Shown piece after piece: positions 28,710-40,015 of a DNA stretch of 64,000 nucleotides. Numbering within the stretch: the first letter of the stretch is position 1; each line of letters begins with the position of its first letter. Below the pieces are notes generated by a model. That model was not told the origin of the DNA, did no database searches, and saw nothing but the letters and a program-made list of their open reading frames with translations. The translations under genes were made by a program, and so were the position numbers. Source of the DNA: an uncultured Nitrospinota bacterium (lineage in GTDB: Bacteria > Tectomicrobia > Entotheonellia > J063 > CAVPRW01); contig CAVPRW010000032.1 of assembly GCA_963707985.1 (NCBI GenBank), positions 1 to 64,000 on the forward strand, read 5' to 3'.

Positions 28710-31141
28710 TGAGCAGCGCTTTCTACCATGTCTTTCTTCAGCGCAAACGCTAACTCTTCCCCACTCCGCCTGACTTCCACGATACCCCCCTCTTTGAAGT
28801 GCCCGCGTACGACTTCTTCAGACAAGGGATCTTCGATGTACTTTTGAATGACACGCTTCAGCGGCCGCGCCCCGAAGGAGGGGTCGTAGCCCTTCTCGGC
28901 CAGCCAGTGCTTGGCCTCTTCATCGGGCTCGATCGTCAGTCCCTTCTCGATCAACTGCTTATTGAGGCGCTCGACCTGAATGTCGACGATCTGCACGATG
29001 TGATCGAGGCTCAACGGATGGAACATCACCGACTCATCAATGCGGTTCAGGAACTCGGGGTTGAACACCCGCTTCAGCTCCTGCTTGATGTTCTCCCGCA
29101 TTTTCTCCAGGGCACTCGTTTCGCTATCACGCTGGAACCCAAGGGCCGTTTGTTTTTCGATGGTGCGACCGCCCATATTGGAGGTCATGATCAAGATGAC
29201 ATTCTTGAAATCGATGGAGCGGCCATAGCTGTCAGTCAATCGACCGTCATCCATCACCTGCAACAAAATATGGAATACATCGGGATGGGCCTTTTCGATC
29301 TCATCGAAGAGGACCACGGAGTAGGGCCGGCGACGTACCCGCTCGGTGAGCTGACCACCCTCGTCATAGCCGACGTATCCTGGAGGAGCGCCGACCAGGC
29401 GCGACACTGCAAAACGCTCCATATATTCCGACATGTCGATGCGAATCAGCGCGTCTTCGTCACCGAATAGGAATTCCGCCAGCGCCCGTGCCAACTCGGT
29501 CTTACCGACGCCAGTAGGCCCTAGGAAGATGAACGTCCCGACCGGGCGATTAGCATCCTTGAGACCTGCACGACTGCGACGGATCGCTCGACCGATGGCC
29601 CTAATAGCCTCATCCTGGCCAACCACGCGCCGATGAAGCTCTTCCTCGATGCGCAACAGCTTACTAGCTTCGCTCTCTTCGATCTTAGAAAGTGGAACAC
29701 CGGTCATGCGGGAGACGACATAGGCGATATCTTCCTCTGTCACGATAGGCTCAACGTCATCCCGCATGTCCTCCCACTGCTTTTTTTCCGCCTCGACGTC
29801 GCGGCGGAGATCTTCCTCTTTGTCGCGCAACTCAACGGCACGTTCGAATTCCTGCTTCTCGATAAATTCTTTCTTCTGCCGCACAATCTCAGCGATCTGG
29901 CGCTGCAGATCACGGACGCGCGCCGGCAGAGTCTCTTTGGCCAGGCGCACACGGGAGCCAGCCTCATCCATCACGTCGATGGCTTTGTCGGGAAGATAGC
30001 GATCAGAGACATACCGATCGGCCAGCTTGACAGCCTGGACGATGGCCTCGTCAGGGATTTTCGCACGATGATGCGTTTCGTAGCGCTCTTTGAGACCGCG
30101 CAGGATGTCGATCGCCTCAGGCACCGTCGGCGGCTGCACAATGATGGGCTGGAAACGGCGCTCCAGCGCGCCATTCTTCTCGATGTAGCGGCGATATTCA
30201 TCCAACGTGGTGGCGCCGATAACTTGAACCTCGCCGCGCGACAACGCGGGTTTAAGCATGTTAGAGGCATCCACCGAACCCTCGGCAGCTCCCGCCCCCA
30301 CCAACGTGTGCAGCTCATCGATGAACAGGATGATGTTTTCCGCCTGCTGAATTTCCTTCATAATGGCTTTCAGGCGGGCCTCAAACTGTCCCCGGTACTT
30401 CGTGCCTGCTACCAGCGCCCCCAGATCCAGAGCGACGACACGCTTATCATAGAGGATCTCCGGCACTTCCTTGTTCATGATGCGTTGCGCTAGACCTTCG
30501 ACGATGGCGGTTTTGCCGACGCCGGGCTCACCGATCAGGGCAGGATTGTTCTTTGTGCGTCGGCTGAGGATCTGTACTACCCGCTCGATCTCATTTTCCC
30601 GGCCAATGACCGGGTCGAGTTTGGCATGGCTCGCCAGTTCGGTCAGATCACGTCCGAACTCATCAAGGGCGGGTGTCTTACTTTTTTCTTTGCTCTGTTG
30701 CACGGGTTCTTGGAGCAGACTCAAGATCTTCTCCCTCGTTTCCACCAAGCGGACGCCGAAGGTGTTGAGCACCTTAAAGGCAACCCCGTCCTTCTCCTTC
30801 AGCAAGCCGAGGAGGAGGTGCTCCGTTCCAATATAGTTGTGCCCCATGAGACGGGCTTCTTCGACTGCGAATTCGAGTACCTTTTTAGCCTTCGGCGTGA
30901 AGGGGATCTCCCCTACCACCAAGGTATTAAGGCTTCGTGGAAGGTTGCGCTCAACTTCTTGCTTGAGTTGCTTGAGATCGACACCCAGCTTTTGTAGGAC
31001 GGTGATGGCAATGCCGCCCCCGTCCTTCAGTATCCCCAGCAGGATGTGCTCGGTCCCGAGATACTCATGATGATAGCGCTCGGCTTCTTCCCGCGCTAAG
31101 ATGATAACCCGTCTCGCTCGCTCTGTAAATCGCTTGAACAT
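28706..31141 (-). CDS. clpC: ATP-dependent Clp protease ATP-binding subunit
   Basis: [23 protein letters not shown] coil; [14 protein letters not shown]. Confidence 0.95.
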   Translation of the reverse strand: MFKRFTERARRVIILAREEAERYHHEYLGTEHILLGILKDGGGIAITVLQKLGVDLKQLKQEVERNLPRSLNTLVVGEIPFTPKAKKVLEFAVEEARLMGHNYIGTEHLLLGLLKEKDGVAFKVLNTFGVRLVETREKILSLLQEPVQQSKEKSKTPALDEFGRDLTELASHAKLDPVIGRENEIERVVQILSRRTKNNPALIGEPGVGKTAIVEGLAQRIMNKEVPEILYDKRVVALDLGALVAGTKYRGQFEARLKAIMKEIQQAENIILFIDELHTLVGAGAAEGSVDASNMLKPALSRGEVQVIGATTLDEYRRYIEKNGALERRFQPIIVQPPTVPEAIDILRGLKERYETHHRAKIPDEAIVQAVKLADRYVSDRYLPDKAIDVMDEAGSRVRLAKETLPARVRDLQRQIAEIVRQKKEFIEKQEFERAVELRDKEEDLRRDVEAEKKQWEDMRDDVEPIVTEEDIAYVVSRMTGVPLSKIEESEASKLLRIEEELHRRVVGQDEAIRAIGRAIRRSRAGLKDANRPVGTFIFLGPTGVGKTELARALAEFLFGDEDALIRIDMSEYMERFAVSRLVGAPPGYVGYDEGGQLTERVRRRPYSVVLFDEIEKAHPDVFHILLQVMDDGRLTDSYGRSIDFKNVILIMTSNMGGRTIEKQTALGFQRDSETSALEKMRENIKQELKRVFNPEFLNRIDESVMFHPLSLDHIVQIVDIQVERLNKQLIEKGLTIEPDEEAKHWLAEKGYDPSFGARPLKRVIQKYIEDPLSEEVVRGHFKEGGIVEVRRSGEELAFALKKDMVESAAQ

Positions 31142-31155
31142 GCCTCCATCCCTCC

Positions 31156-31827
31156 TCAGCAGGGGAATAGCTCGCCGTCGATCAGTCGAACCGTGCGATC
31201 GAGCGCTTTGGCAAAACCCTCGTTATGCGTCACCACGATAAACGTTTGCTTGCGCTCCTGGTTCAGGCTGCGGAGTAATCCTTGGATGGCCTCCCCACTT
31301 TGCCGGTCGAGGTTACCCGTCGGTTCATCTGCCAACACAAGATCGGGGTGATTCACCAAGGCTCGCGCAATGGCCACCCGTTGCTGTTCACCCCCAGACA
31401 GCTCTCCAGGTCGATGCCCCATCCGCTCTGCCAAGCCCATCGTGCTTAATAACGTGGTTGCTTCTGCTAGGACCTCGCGCCAGACACGACGCGCCATCAG
31501 GCCTGGCAGCATGACATTCTCCAAAGCCGTGAGCTCCGGTAGCAAATGATGGAACTGGAACACAAATCCCACATGCCGGTTCCGAAACTCCGCCTGTTGC
31601 TGCTCCGAAAACTGGAAAACATCACGTCCATGAAAACGAATTGTGCCGCGGTCGGGCCGCTCTAGAGCACCGATGAGATAGAGCAACGTGCTCTTACCCG
31701 ACCCCGAAGGTCCAACGACCGCCAGCATCTGCCCACCACTGACCTCGAGTGTAACCCCTTTTAGGACGTCCAGCCACGTGTTGCCTTTAGCAAATCCCTT
31801 GTAAACATCGACGACTTCCAGCAACAC
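31156..31827 (-). CDS. lolD: Lipoprotein-releasing ABC transporter ATPase
   Basis: [41 protein letters not shown]. Confidence 0.92.
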   Translation of the reverse strand: MLLEVVDVYKGFAKGNTWLDVLKGVTLEVSGGQMLAVVGPSGSGKSTLLYLIGALERPDRGTIRFHGRDVFQFSEQQQAEFRNRHVGFVFQFHHLLPELTALENVMLPGLMARRVWREVLAEATTLLSTMGLAERMGHRPGELSGGEQQRVAIARALVNHPDLVLADEPTGNLDRQSGEAIQGLLRSLNQERKQTFIVVTHNEGFAKALDRTVRLIDGELFPC

Positions 31828-31878
31828 CGGACATGCCCTTTCGTGCCAGCCCCTCCTGTGACGGATGAGAGGTGCCCC

Positions 31879-33174
31879 TTATTCATACCGAAGAATTTCC
31901 ACCGGGTCAAGCCGTGTAGCATTCCACGCTGGGTACAGCGTCGCCAGAAAGCTGAGAACGATCGCCGCTAGGGTGATCAGCGTAAAATCCATTCCCTGCA
32001 ACTTCACCGGCAGCTGGTCAAAATAGTACACATCCTTCGGGAAAACACTCATCTGTAGCACATGTTCGAGGAATCCTCGAATGCGTTCCAGTGAAGATGC
32101 CAGCACGACACCGCCAATGGCACCAGCCGCCGTCCCCGCCGTACCGATGATCAACCCCTGCAGCACGAAAATCTTCATAATTGCTCGCCTAGTGGCACCC
32201 ATGGCTTTGAGGATGGCGATGTCACGTCGCTTTTCCATGACCATCATGATGAGCGTGCTGACGATGTTAAAGGCGGCGACCAATACGATCAGCGCCAGGA
32301 TCACGAACATGGTGACCTTCTCGACGCGCAACGCGGCGAAGAGATTACGGTTCATCTCGGTCCAATCGCGTGTCCAATAAGGGAACCCCAGCTCACGCCG
32401 CAGTACTTGGGCTACCTGGGGTGCACGATCAACGTCATCGACTTTGACTTGGAGGCCGGTCACGGCATCGCCGAGATTGAAGAAGCGCTGGGCTGTCGGA
32501 AGGGAAATGAACGCCAGGCTCGTGTCGTACTCAAACATACCGCTGTCAAAGATCGCCACGACCTCGAACCGGCGATACTTCGGCATCATACCGGCTGGCG
32601 TGATGGTCCCTATCGGGGAGACCACGGTGATCTCATCGCCGAGAAATGTGTTCAGGTTCTTTGCCAACTCCCGTCCAATCACAATGCCGTGGAGACGGGA
32701 GGGCCCTTCCTCCTCTGCCATAGCGGCTTGGGACACCTCTTCATTCAAGCGCCCAAGCCCACCCTCGCGGATATTTTTGGCGAGGTCAGTTACTGACTGC
32801 TCCCGTGCGGGATCGATCCCGCGGATCACGACCCCCATTGCATTCGTGCGAGAGCTCAGCATCACTTGACTGTACACGAACGGGGTGACAGCGCTCACGT
32901 GTGGTGCCTGTCGTACCCGCTCCCCCAGGGCTTCGTAATCCTGGAGACGGTGACTGTCAAGCTGCAGTACTACTACGTGGGCGTTGGTCCCGACAATCTT
33001 GTGTTTGAGCAAGTCCTCGAAGCCACTCATGACCGCTAGCACCACGATCAAGGCCATGACGCCGACGGCCACACCGCCCACGGAAATCCATGTGATGAGG
33101 GAGATAAACAACTGCTGGCGTTTCGCCTTGAGGTAGCGCAAACTTAGCGCCCACTCAAATGGGAGGTGCCTCAT
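31879..33174 (-). CDS. lolC: Lipoprotein-releasing ABC transporter permease LolC/E
   Basis: RYLKAKR...GVAVGVMALIVVLAVMSGF; VAAFNIVSTL; ATLYPAW...DPVEILRYE. Confidence 0.92.
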   Translation of the reverse strand: MRHLPFEWALSLRYLKAKRQQLFISLITWISVGGVAVGVMALIVVLAVMSGFEDLLKHKIVGTNAHVVVLQLDSHRLQDYEALGERVRQAPHVSAVTPFVYSQVMLSSRTNAMGVVIRGIDPAREQSVTDLAKNIREGGLGRLNEEVSQAAMAEEEGPSRLHGIVIGRELAKNLNTFLGDEITVVSPIGTITPAGMMPKYRRFEVVAIFDSGMFEYDTSLAFISLPTAQRFFNLGDAVTGLQVKVDDVDRAPQVAQVLRRELGFPYWTRDWTEMNRNLFAALRVEKVTMFVILALIVLVAAFNIVSTLIMMVMEKRRDIAILKAMGATRRAIMKIFVLQGLIIGTAGTAAGAIGGVVLASSLERIRGFLEHVLQMSVFPKDVYYFDQLPVKLQGMDFTLITLAAIVLSFLATLYPAWNATRLDPVEILRYE

Positions 33175-33200
33175 ACCGATTCCCCACCGCTGCCAGGTCA

Positions 33201-33229
33201 ATATAATGGAGGGAACACGTCGCAGTCAA
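33201..33229 (-). promoter_or_regulatory. Putative sigma70 promoter of the lolC-bamA-lpx operon
   Basis: Minus strand TTGACT-N17-TTATAT, ~27 nt upstream of the lolC start. Confidence 0.5.
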
Positions 33230-33495
33230 GATGTTTTTCCCGCAGCGGAGCGGACTTCCGACGGCCGTATGGCTCATCCCCTGTGTTGGAGACCAAACAT
33301 TCGTTTGTCTATTGGGAACGACCCCGATCCGTCCGCGTACCATGCCATGATAACTCCTGGCGCCAACCGACGTCCTCGCAGGCACACCCCGGCGCTATGC
33401 CGCCCTCGCCTATCACGTCTGCGACCGCCCGATTCCGCTCCCCACCTTCGGCTCACCCCGTGCCTAGGCCAGTCGAACCGCGACGACTGCCCGCA

Positions 33496-34591
33496 CTAGC
33501 GGGCGGTGAGGAGATACTGCTCGATGAAGGGGTCAAGATCGCCATCGAGCACGGCGTCGACATTCCCCACTTCCAAATCGGTACGATGGTCTTTGATCAG
33601 CCGGTAGGGATGCAGGACGTACGACCGAATCTGATGTCCCCAAGCGATGTCTTTCTTGCCTTGGGAATACTGTTCAAGCTTCTCCGTACGCTTCTCTTTT
33701 TCAATCTCATACAGGCGTGAGCGCAAGACTTTCATCGCCGAAGCTCGGTTTTTATGTTGAGACCGTTCGTTCTGACATTGCACGACGATGCCCGTAGGGA
33801 TATGGATAATCCGCACGGCGGAGTCCGTGACATTAACATGCTGGCCGCCATGCCCGCCGGCACGAAACGTTTCGATGCGCAGGTCGGCCTCGCTGATGAC
33901 GACTTGGATATCATCGGCGATCTCTGGGATGACAAACACCGATGCGAAGGACGTATGCCGACGATTGTTCGCATCGAAGGGGGAGAGGCGAATCAAGCGA
34001 TGCACCCCGGACTCCGCTTTACTATATCCGTAGGCGTATTTTCCTTCGATGAGCACGGTGACGCTCTTCACCCCCGCCTCCTCGCCGGCCAGGATATCGA
34101 GGATCTGTGTCCGAAACCCTTTACGCTCAGTCCAGCGCAAGTACATACGTAAGAGCATTTCGGCCCAATCCTGCGACTCGGTGCCACCTGCACCCGCATG
34201 AATGGTCAGAATGGCGTTTTTCGCGTCGTCTGGGCCGCTGAGCATGCGAGCCAGCTCCGTTTGGGTCACGTCGCGCTCGATCGTGGTTAAGGCGCCGGCA
34301 ATCTCCTCCGCGACCGACAGCTCCTCCTCGGCCTCGGCCAGGTCGAGCATCAATGCCTGCTCTTCGAGCCGCTTTTGGAGGTGCTCCCAGCCTTCGATCG
34401 TCTCCTGCAGCGTAGAGCGTTGCCGCATCAACTCCTGAGCGCGTTTGGTATCCTGCCACAGATCCTCACGGTTGATGTGGCGTTCAAGCTGGTCTTTTTC
34501 TGTCCGCTTGGCATCGATCTCAAAGATACCCCCGAAGGCTTTTGATGCGCTCCTCAAGCGTCTCGATGCGTCGGTGTAACTCCTCAAACAT
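33496..34591 (-). CDS. prfB: Peptide chain release factor 2, programmed +1 frameshift at CTT-TGA (34520-34525)
   Basis: MFEELHRRIETLEERIKSLRGYL* with GGGGG-TAT-CTT-TGA, then +1 frame EIDAKR...; SPF and GGQ motifs. Confidence 0.96.
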
Positions 34592-34616
34592 GGTCCTTCC
34601 TCCTGTCACTGTTCGT

Positions 34617-36149
34617 TCAGCTCGGCCTTCGCCCGACCATGCCCCATCCTAGCGACACAGCGGTCACCAGTATGCAACCGTAGGCAAACAGATCACCCCA
34701 GCGCGTGTAAAACGTTGTTGCCCCCCCTGCCGGGGCGATACGTGCCTTGACCCAGGTGCGTACAAACAGGTCCGTCTGCTGGCTGAGCCGTCCCGTTGAG
34801 TCAATCACCGCCGAAATACCGGTATTGGCGGCACGCACGATGGGCAGGCGATTTTCGACGGCGCGGAACACTACCATCGAAAGATGCTGGTACGATGCTG
34901 GACTATAGCCGAACCAGGCATCATTGGTGATATTGACCAGAAACTGGGCCCCAAGGCGCACAAAGTGCCGCACCAGGTCAGGGAAGATGGCCTCGAAGCA
35001 GATCAGGACAGCGAAGCGTCCGGGCGGGATGGCCATCACGGTGTAGGCCTCACCGCTGCGAAACTCACCGATGCCCGCGACCAGCTTATCCAGGAAAAAC
35101 AGCAGGCGCCGCAGCGGAATATATTCTCCAAAGGGCACCAGATGGATTTTGTCGTACCGTCCTAGTACCGTCGCATCGGGACCCACCAGGAAGGCGCTAT
35201 TATACATGACGTCTTGGCCGCCGTCTCGGACGTAGGTGGGACTGCCGAACAGAAGCGGGTGCCCAGCTTCTTGTGCAAGCCGGAACTGACGCGACTGAAA
35301 TACGCGATCATTGGCAAAGAAAAACGGTGTGGCGGCCTCTGGCCAGACGATCAGCTCAACCTCGGAGTCGGCGGCCGCTTCGAGCGTGAGGACGCGATAA
35401 ATTGAGAAGATCGCTTCGCGGGCGGCGTCATCCCACTTCAGGTCCTGCTCGATATTGCCTTGGAGCAAGGCGACTGGCAGGTTGGCTCCGACGGGTGCCG
35501 TCGAGATCTGGTGCAGACGCCACTCCCCATAACCCCAGATGGCTGCCAGGCTGAAGACGGTGAGCATACATGGTATCCGCACCTGCTTCCACCGTCGCTG
35601 CATGGCGCTATCGAGAAGCTGCGCAATGGCCACATTCCCTAGCACCAGGGCAAACGACACGCCATAAACACTCGCGAAATCGGCCACCTGGATCAACGGT
35701 CGATTTAGATACTGGGAATACCCCAGGCTCGCCCACGGAAATCCGCTCAACGCCTGGGCGCGTACCCATTCGAGGGCGACCCATAGCGCCGGGGCTATCA
35801 GCACGATCCCCCGCGGCCATCGACGTAGACTCCAAGTCCAGCCTGCCGTGAACACGCCGACATAGAACCCGACATAGACCACCAAGAGCAGCAGGATACT
35901 GTAGCTTAGGAGCGTCGGAACCCCGCCGTAGTTGACCATCGTGTGTGGAATCCAGCGTAGAATGCCTAGATAGCCCAGGCAACCGCTGATCCACCCCCAC
36001 AGTAACGCTGTCCGACACCCTACACCACGCGTCGCCGTCAGCAGCGGCACGAACACAACCCATGCTAGCCATGACATATTATACCATGGGAAACACAGCA
36101 CGAGCAGCAGTCCGGTCAGCAGGCAAAAAAGGCCGCCTACAATCCTCAT
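34617..36149 (-). CDS. lnt: Apolipoprotein N-acyltransferase
   Basis: GFPWASLGYSQ, QGNIEQ, VWPEAA, YDKIHLVPFGEY, ICFEAIF, NITNDAWFG. Confidence 0.95.
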   Translation of the reverse strand: MRIVGGLFCLLTGLLLVLCFPWYNMSWLAWVVFVPLLTATRGVGCRTALLWGWISGCLGYLGILRWIPHTMVNYGGVPTLLSYSILLLLVVYVGFYVGVFTAGWTWSLRRWPRGIVLIAPALWVALEWVRAQALSGFPWASLGYSQYLNRPLIQVADFASVYGVSFALVLGNVAIAQLLDSAMQRRWKQVRIPCMLTVFSLAAIWGYGEWRLHQISTAPVGANLPVALLQGNIEQDLKWDDAAREAIFSIYRVLTLEAAADSEVELIVWPEAATPFFFANDRVFQSRQFRLAQEAGHPLLFGSPTYVRDGGQDVMYNSAFLVGPDATVLGRYDKIHLVPFGEYIPLRRLLFFLDKLVAGIGEFRSGEAYTVMAIPPGRFAVLICFEAIFPDLVRHFVRLGAQFLVNITNDAWFGYSPASYQHLSMVVFRAVENRLPIVRAANTGISAVIDSTGRLSQQTDLFVRTWVKARIAPAGGATTFYTRWGDLFAYGCILVTAVSLGWGMVGRRPS

Positions 36150-36204
36150 AGTTGGCCTGCAGAACTCGCGGAATATCGATCTGCCCGTGCAAGCGGGCGC
36201 GACC

Positions 36205-36774
36205 TCATGTGGGTGGGTCGCGATCGTCTGGTAGGTAATGCTGCCAGATTTTGAGAAATGCCTGTGCCGAGGGCGGCGGGAAGTTGAGGAAGACCACGAA
36301 GGGTGGTGGCTTCACCTTGCGGAGCAGATGCATACCTGTCTCGTCCAAGCGCCGATTGCCTTTGCGCACATTACAGGTCTGGCAGGCGACCACCACGTTG
36401 TCCCAGGAGGTCTTACCCCCCAACGAGCGGGGGATGATATGATCGATCGTCAGGTTTGCCCCCATCCGCCCGCAGTATTGACAGGTATAGTTGTCGCGTC
36501 GGAAGACATTTTTCTTGCTGAACGCCAGGCTTTTGCGGTATGAACGACGGATATAGCGCAGCAAGCGAATCACCGCAGGTAGTGGGAGCGCCCGCGACGG
36601 GGAGTGGATGACACGATCACTCATCTCCACATTCTCCGCCTTCCCCTGTAGGACCATGATCAGCGCTCGCCGGACGTTGCAAAAGTGGAGCGGCTCATAG
36701 GTATGGTTAAGTACCAGGACCTTGATGCCGTCAATACTGTGGATGCTGCGTGGGATACTTACATCGGATTCCAT
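36205..36774 (-). CDS. HNH endonuclease (McrA-like)
   Basis: VLVLNHTYEPL; RDNYTCQYCG...LTIDHIIPRSLGG...WDNVVVACQTCNVRKG. Confidence 0.92.
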   Translation of the reverse strand: MESDVSIPRSIHSIDGIKVLVLNHTYEPLHFCNVRRALIMVLQGKAENVEMSDRVIHSPSRALPLPAVIRLLRYIRRSYRKSLAFSKKNVFRRDNYTCQYCGRMGANLTIDHIIPRSLGGKTSWDNVVVACQTCNVRKGNRRLDETGMHLLRKVKPPPFVVFLNFPPPSAQAFLKIWQHYLPDDRDPPT

Positions 36775-36844
36775 CGGTCGCTTGGGCCAGCAAAAGGTTT
36801 GGGCCATTACCTTGTCAATGCCGCATCTCATGTAGGCCAGCGAC

Positions 36845-36874
36845 ATTATAATAGAGACTAGGCACCTGTGTCAA
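36845..36874 (-). promoter_or_regulatory. Consensus sigma70 promoter upstream of HNH-lnt-prfB
   Basis: Minus strand TTGACA-N18-TATAAT. Confidence 0.65.
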
Positions 36875-37056
36875 TGACGGCAAGCCGTCGAGAGCGCTGC
36901 ATCGAGCGGACCGCACCGCCACATCTCCAGGCTAGCCAGGTGCGAGTGCGGCTGCTGCGGGGATTGCATTCCACATGTGCATGCGCTAGAGTGGCGTTAC
37001 TTAAATTTGCTGAGACAAGAAGCACGCCTGAGAAGGCATCACCAGGAGGGTGGTGT

Positions 37057-37452
37057 GTGAAGGACACGCTGAAAGTCGGCGCCAGCGCAGAAATCGAGAT
37101 CGCGACCAGCCCGGAAATGGGGATTACGCACCTAGGGCCTGGTGCGCCGCGCATGTACTCAACCCCGTCCATGATCAGTCTGATGGAACAGACGGCGATT
37201 CGGGTATTGACGCCGCATCTCGACGCCGGAGAACAGTCGGTAGGGACCAAGGTCAGCGTCAGCCACTTCAAGGCTACCCCTATCGGGCAGACGGTGCGGG
37301 CCAAGGCGACACTCATCGAAATCGTCGACATTGGACGACCAACTAAGCGGTATCGGTTCAATGTCGAGGCCTTCAATGAAACGGACAAAATCGGCGAAGG
37401 GAGCCACGAACGGGCCGTGATTAACGTCACGCAGTTTGTCGGCCGGTCGTAG
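37057..37452 (+). CDS. Hotdog-fold thioesterase (fluoroacetyl-CoA thioesterase FlK-like)
   Basis: YSTPSMISLME...SVGTKVSVSHFKATPIG...IGEGSHERAVI. Confidence 0.85.
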   Translation: MKDTLKVGASAEIEIATSPEMGITHLGPGAPRMYSTPSMISLMEQTAIRVLTPHLDAGEQSVGTKVSVSHFKATPIGQTVRAKATLIEIVDIGRPTKRYRFNVEAFNETDKIGEGSHERAVINVTQFVGRS

Positions 37453-37521
37453 CCGGGCTGTTGGCGTGTCGCTCTTGCTGACAATCGCTCAGCATGTACA
37501 TCGGACAACGAGGATGTGACC

Positions 37522-37956
37522 ATGGCACCACGTGAGGAACAGGAGGCCGCAGTTCTCCGGGCCAATGAGCGGTTCTATGAGGCGTTCGAACAGCTTGACA
37601 TTGAGGCCATGTCGGCGGTCTGGCTGCATTCCAACCGGGCGCGCTGCATCCATCCAGGCTGGCGTACGTTGCGGGGATGGTCCGCCATTAAGGAGAGCTG
37701 GATCGCGATCTTCAGCAACACGGAGGAGATTAAGTTCACGCTCACAGCGGTCTCGGTAAACCTCTCTGACCAAATGGCCTGGGTGAGCTGCGTGGAAAAC
37801 ATCATTGATTCGGGCAATGACATCCCAGTGGTCAGCACTATCGAAGCCACGAATATCTTTGAGTGGGTCGACTCGGAGTGGCGTTTGGCCCAGCATCACG
37901 CTTCGATGGCCGTGCGTGAGCGCGACGAGTCCGATTGGGATCCATCGCAGAACTAA
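37522..37956 (+). CDS. NTF2/SnoaL-like protein
   Basis: ANERFYEAFE..D..AM..VW....CIHPGW..L.GW..I..SW; ATNIF...WRLAQHHAS. Confidence 0.85.
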   Translation: MAPREEQEAAVLRANERFYEAFEQLDIEAMSAVWLHSNRARCIHPGWRTLRGWSAIKESWIAIFSNTEEIKFTLTAVSVNLSDQMAWVSCVENIIDSGNDIPVVSTIEATNIFEWVDSEWRLAQHHASMAVRERDESDWDPSQN

Positions 37957-38044
37957 ACCAATCGGCTGGAGACCTCTTGCGGGGGTTCAGGCCTCCCCGA
38001 GCAGCCCTGTCGTCCTCGGATGCCCTGCATGGAGGAGGGCCTGC

Positions 38045-39067
38045 ATGCAGTTTGGGATGGGTGGATACGCGCTGGAACAGGTGCAGACGCTGGGGGGAGC
38101 GGTGGTTGGCCGCGACCTGCTGGCGGATGCCATGCTGGCCGAGGAGTTAGGTTTCGATTCACTATGGGTAGCCGAGAATCATTTTTCTGTCGATCGACAG
38201 TGTTCCTCTCCGTTCGTCATCGCCGGCGTGCTCGCTGGTGCCACGCAGCGTATCCGCATCGGGGTGTTCTCCATTCTCACCTTCGCCCATCCGCTGCGCC
38301 TCGCCGAAGATGCGGCGACGCTCGATCTGATGTCAGGCGGAAGACTCACGCTTTGCTTTGGGACGGGGTATCGAGCGGAGGAGTTCGCCGTGTTCGGAAT
38401 CGGCATGCATGGCAAGGGATCGCGCTTCCGAGAGTGCCTGGACGTGGTGCAAAAGGCGTGGGTGGGACCATTTACGCATCATGGCAAACACTTTCACATT
38501 CCCGCTGGAGCTCAGGGCGCGTCCAGTGCAGCGGACGCCGTCGCGGTGCTGCCCCAACCACTACAAACGACTATACCGGTCTGGATGGCGGCCTTCGGCA
38601 ATGTCAGCGTTAAACGGGCCGCACGCTTGGGCTATCCGCTGCTGCCTGCGGCGCTGGAATCGATCCCCGAGTTGCAGGCCAAATACCAGCTCTATCACGC
38701 TACCTGGGGAGCAGGAGAACACACGGCGCCGCCTGGGGCGATGCCACTGATGCGCGTAGTGTACGTCGCGCCGCAGGCCCACGCGGCCCATCAGGAGGCC
38801 GAAGCCGGACTTATGCAGACATACGGCCGCTATCGGCGCTGGGGCTTGCTGAGCAATGCTGGGAACGATTACGCAACCTTGGCCAAGGACCGTTTTATCA
38901 TCGGTGACCCCATCCAGGTCGCCGCAGAGATCCACCGCTATCGCGAGCTCTTCGGCATCACTTACCTGATCTGCCGCATGACTATACCCGACGTTCCGCA
39001 TCAGCACATTCAGCGCTCAATGCGTCTATTCAGCGCGCACGTTGCCCCACATTTCAGTCACACGTAA
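38045..39067 (+). CDS. LLM-class flavin-dependent oxidoreductase
   Basis: AEELGFDSLWVAENHF, HPLRLAEDAATLDLMSGGR, GTGYRAEEF. Confidence 0.88.
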   Translation: MQFGMGGYALEQVQTLGGAVVGRDLLADAMLAEELGFDSLWVAENHFSVDRQCSSPFVIAGVLAGATQRIRIGVFSILTFAHPLRLAEDAATLDLMSGGRLTLCFGTGYRAEEFAVFGIGMHGKGSRFRECLDVVQKAWVGPFTHHGKHFHIPAGAQGASSAADAVAVLPQPLQTTIPVWMAAFGNVSVKRAARLGYPLLPAALESIPELQAKYQLYHATWGAGEHTAPPGAMPLMRVVYVAPQAHAAHQEAEAGLMQTYGRYRRWGLLSNAGNDYATLAKDRFIIGDPIQVAAEIHRYRELFGITYLICRMTIPDVPHQHIQRSMRLFSAHVAPHFSHT

Positions 39068-39419
39068 CAACTCGTAACCACTGCTGTGGACTCTACCATG
39101 GTGCCATCCACCCCCCCTTTTCTCGTCGCGTCGAATGGGGTACAATACGGGCCGTCCCGGGGGTCAGCGCCGCCCCTGGCATGGCAGGGCCTAAGTCACA
39201 TATAGGCGTCGTCGGATCGTTGATTGACGCCCGCCAGATGACCTGGCATGACGGACGGGTCGTTGCAAACGGAGCCATCGCGAGTAATCGAGGTATTGCC
39301 CCGGAGGACCGAGACGAATGGCGGATGGTCATGCAGCACTAGCCCAGGAGACGAGCGTTGGTGCACGGATCGGTGGTGCCTCCACGGTGGTCACGCTAGT
39401 CAGCATGGCACATGCCTTT

Positions 39420-39730
39420 TCCCACGCCTAAGGCATACTCCTCCCCCGCATCGTGCCCTTCTTCCTCTCGGTGCCGAGGTGCGGTGTATTCCGAAGGCTC
39501 TCTCATGCAAACCGGATTGCGAGATGTGGCCGACAAGACTTCGATGGAAATGCTGTATGGCCTATGCTATACCGTGGGTTCAGCGATCGGCGCCCCTTGG
39601 GCGTTCTTGATCGCTGCCCTGGTGGATGGCTACGGCGTTGCTGCGGCGTTCGCAGCCATGGCGGTATCGCATGTACTGGCCGCATTGGTGCTCATACCAG
39701 TGCGCCTACGCCGGACGGTGCATGCTGTCC
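39420..39730 (+). pseudogene. C-terminal fragment of an MFS-type transporter
   Basis: SLMQTGLRDVAD...MLYGLCYTVGSAIGAPWAFLIAALVDGYGVAAAFAAMA; no N-terminal half seen. Confidence 0.5.
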
Positions 39731-39782
39731 CCAGCTGCCCGAAACCATGCAACCTTGCTCTCGGACGGAGGCGTGCGACCCC

Positions 39783-39965
39783 ATGGACAGCTTGTTGACA
39801 GCTATCACCGTCCATAAAATTCCCGGCAAAGAGATCTGCGGTGTTGTTGTCCTAGAGCAGCATGCAGATGGTTCATGGGCTGGGGCCTGCAGTCGTTGTG
39901 CAAAGCCCTTTCATCACGACAAAGACCCGACCTTCGAGCGGCAGGTATTGGCGCTGCGCAATTAA
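39783..39965 (+). CDS. Small hypothetical protein with possible Zn ligands
   Basis: 60 aa, GGAGG RBS, H...C and CxxC. Confidence 0.5.
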   Translation: MDSLLTAITVHKIPGKEICGVVVLEQHADGSWAGACSRCAKPFHHDKDPTFERQVLALRN

Positions 39966-40015
39966 CGCCAGCGCTCAGAGGTGATGGCGTAGACCAGATT
40001 CCACCAAGGAGTTCA

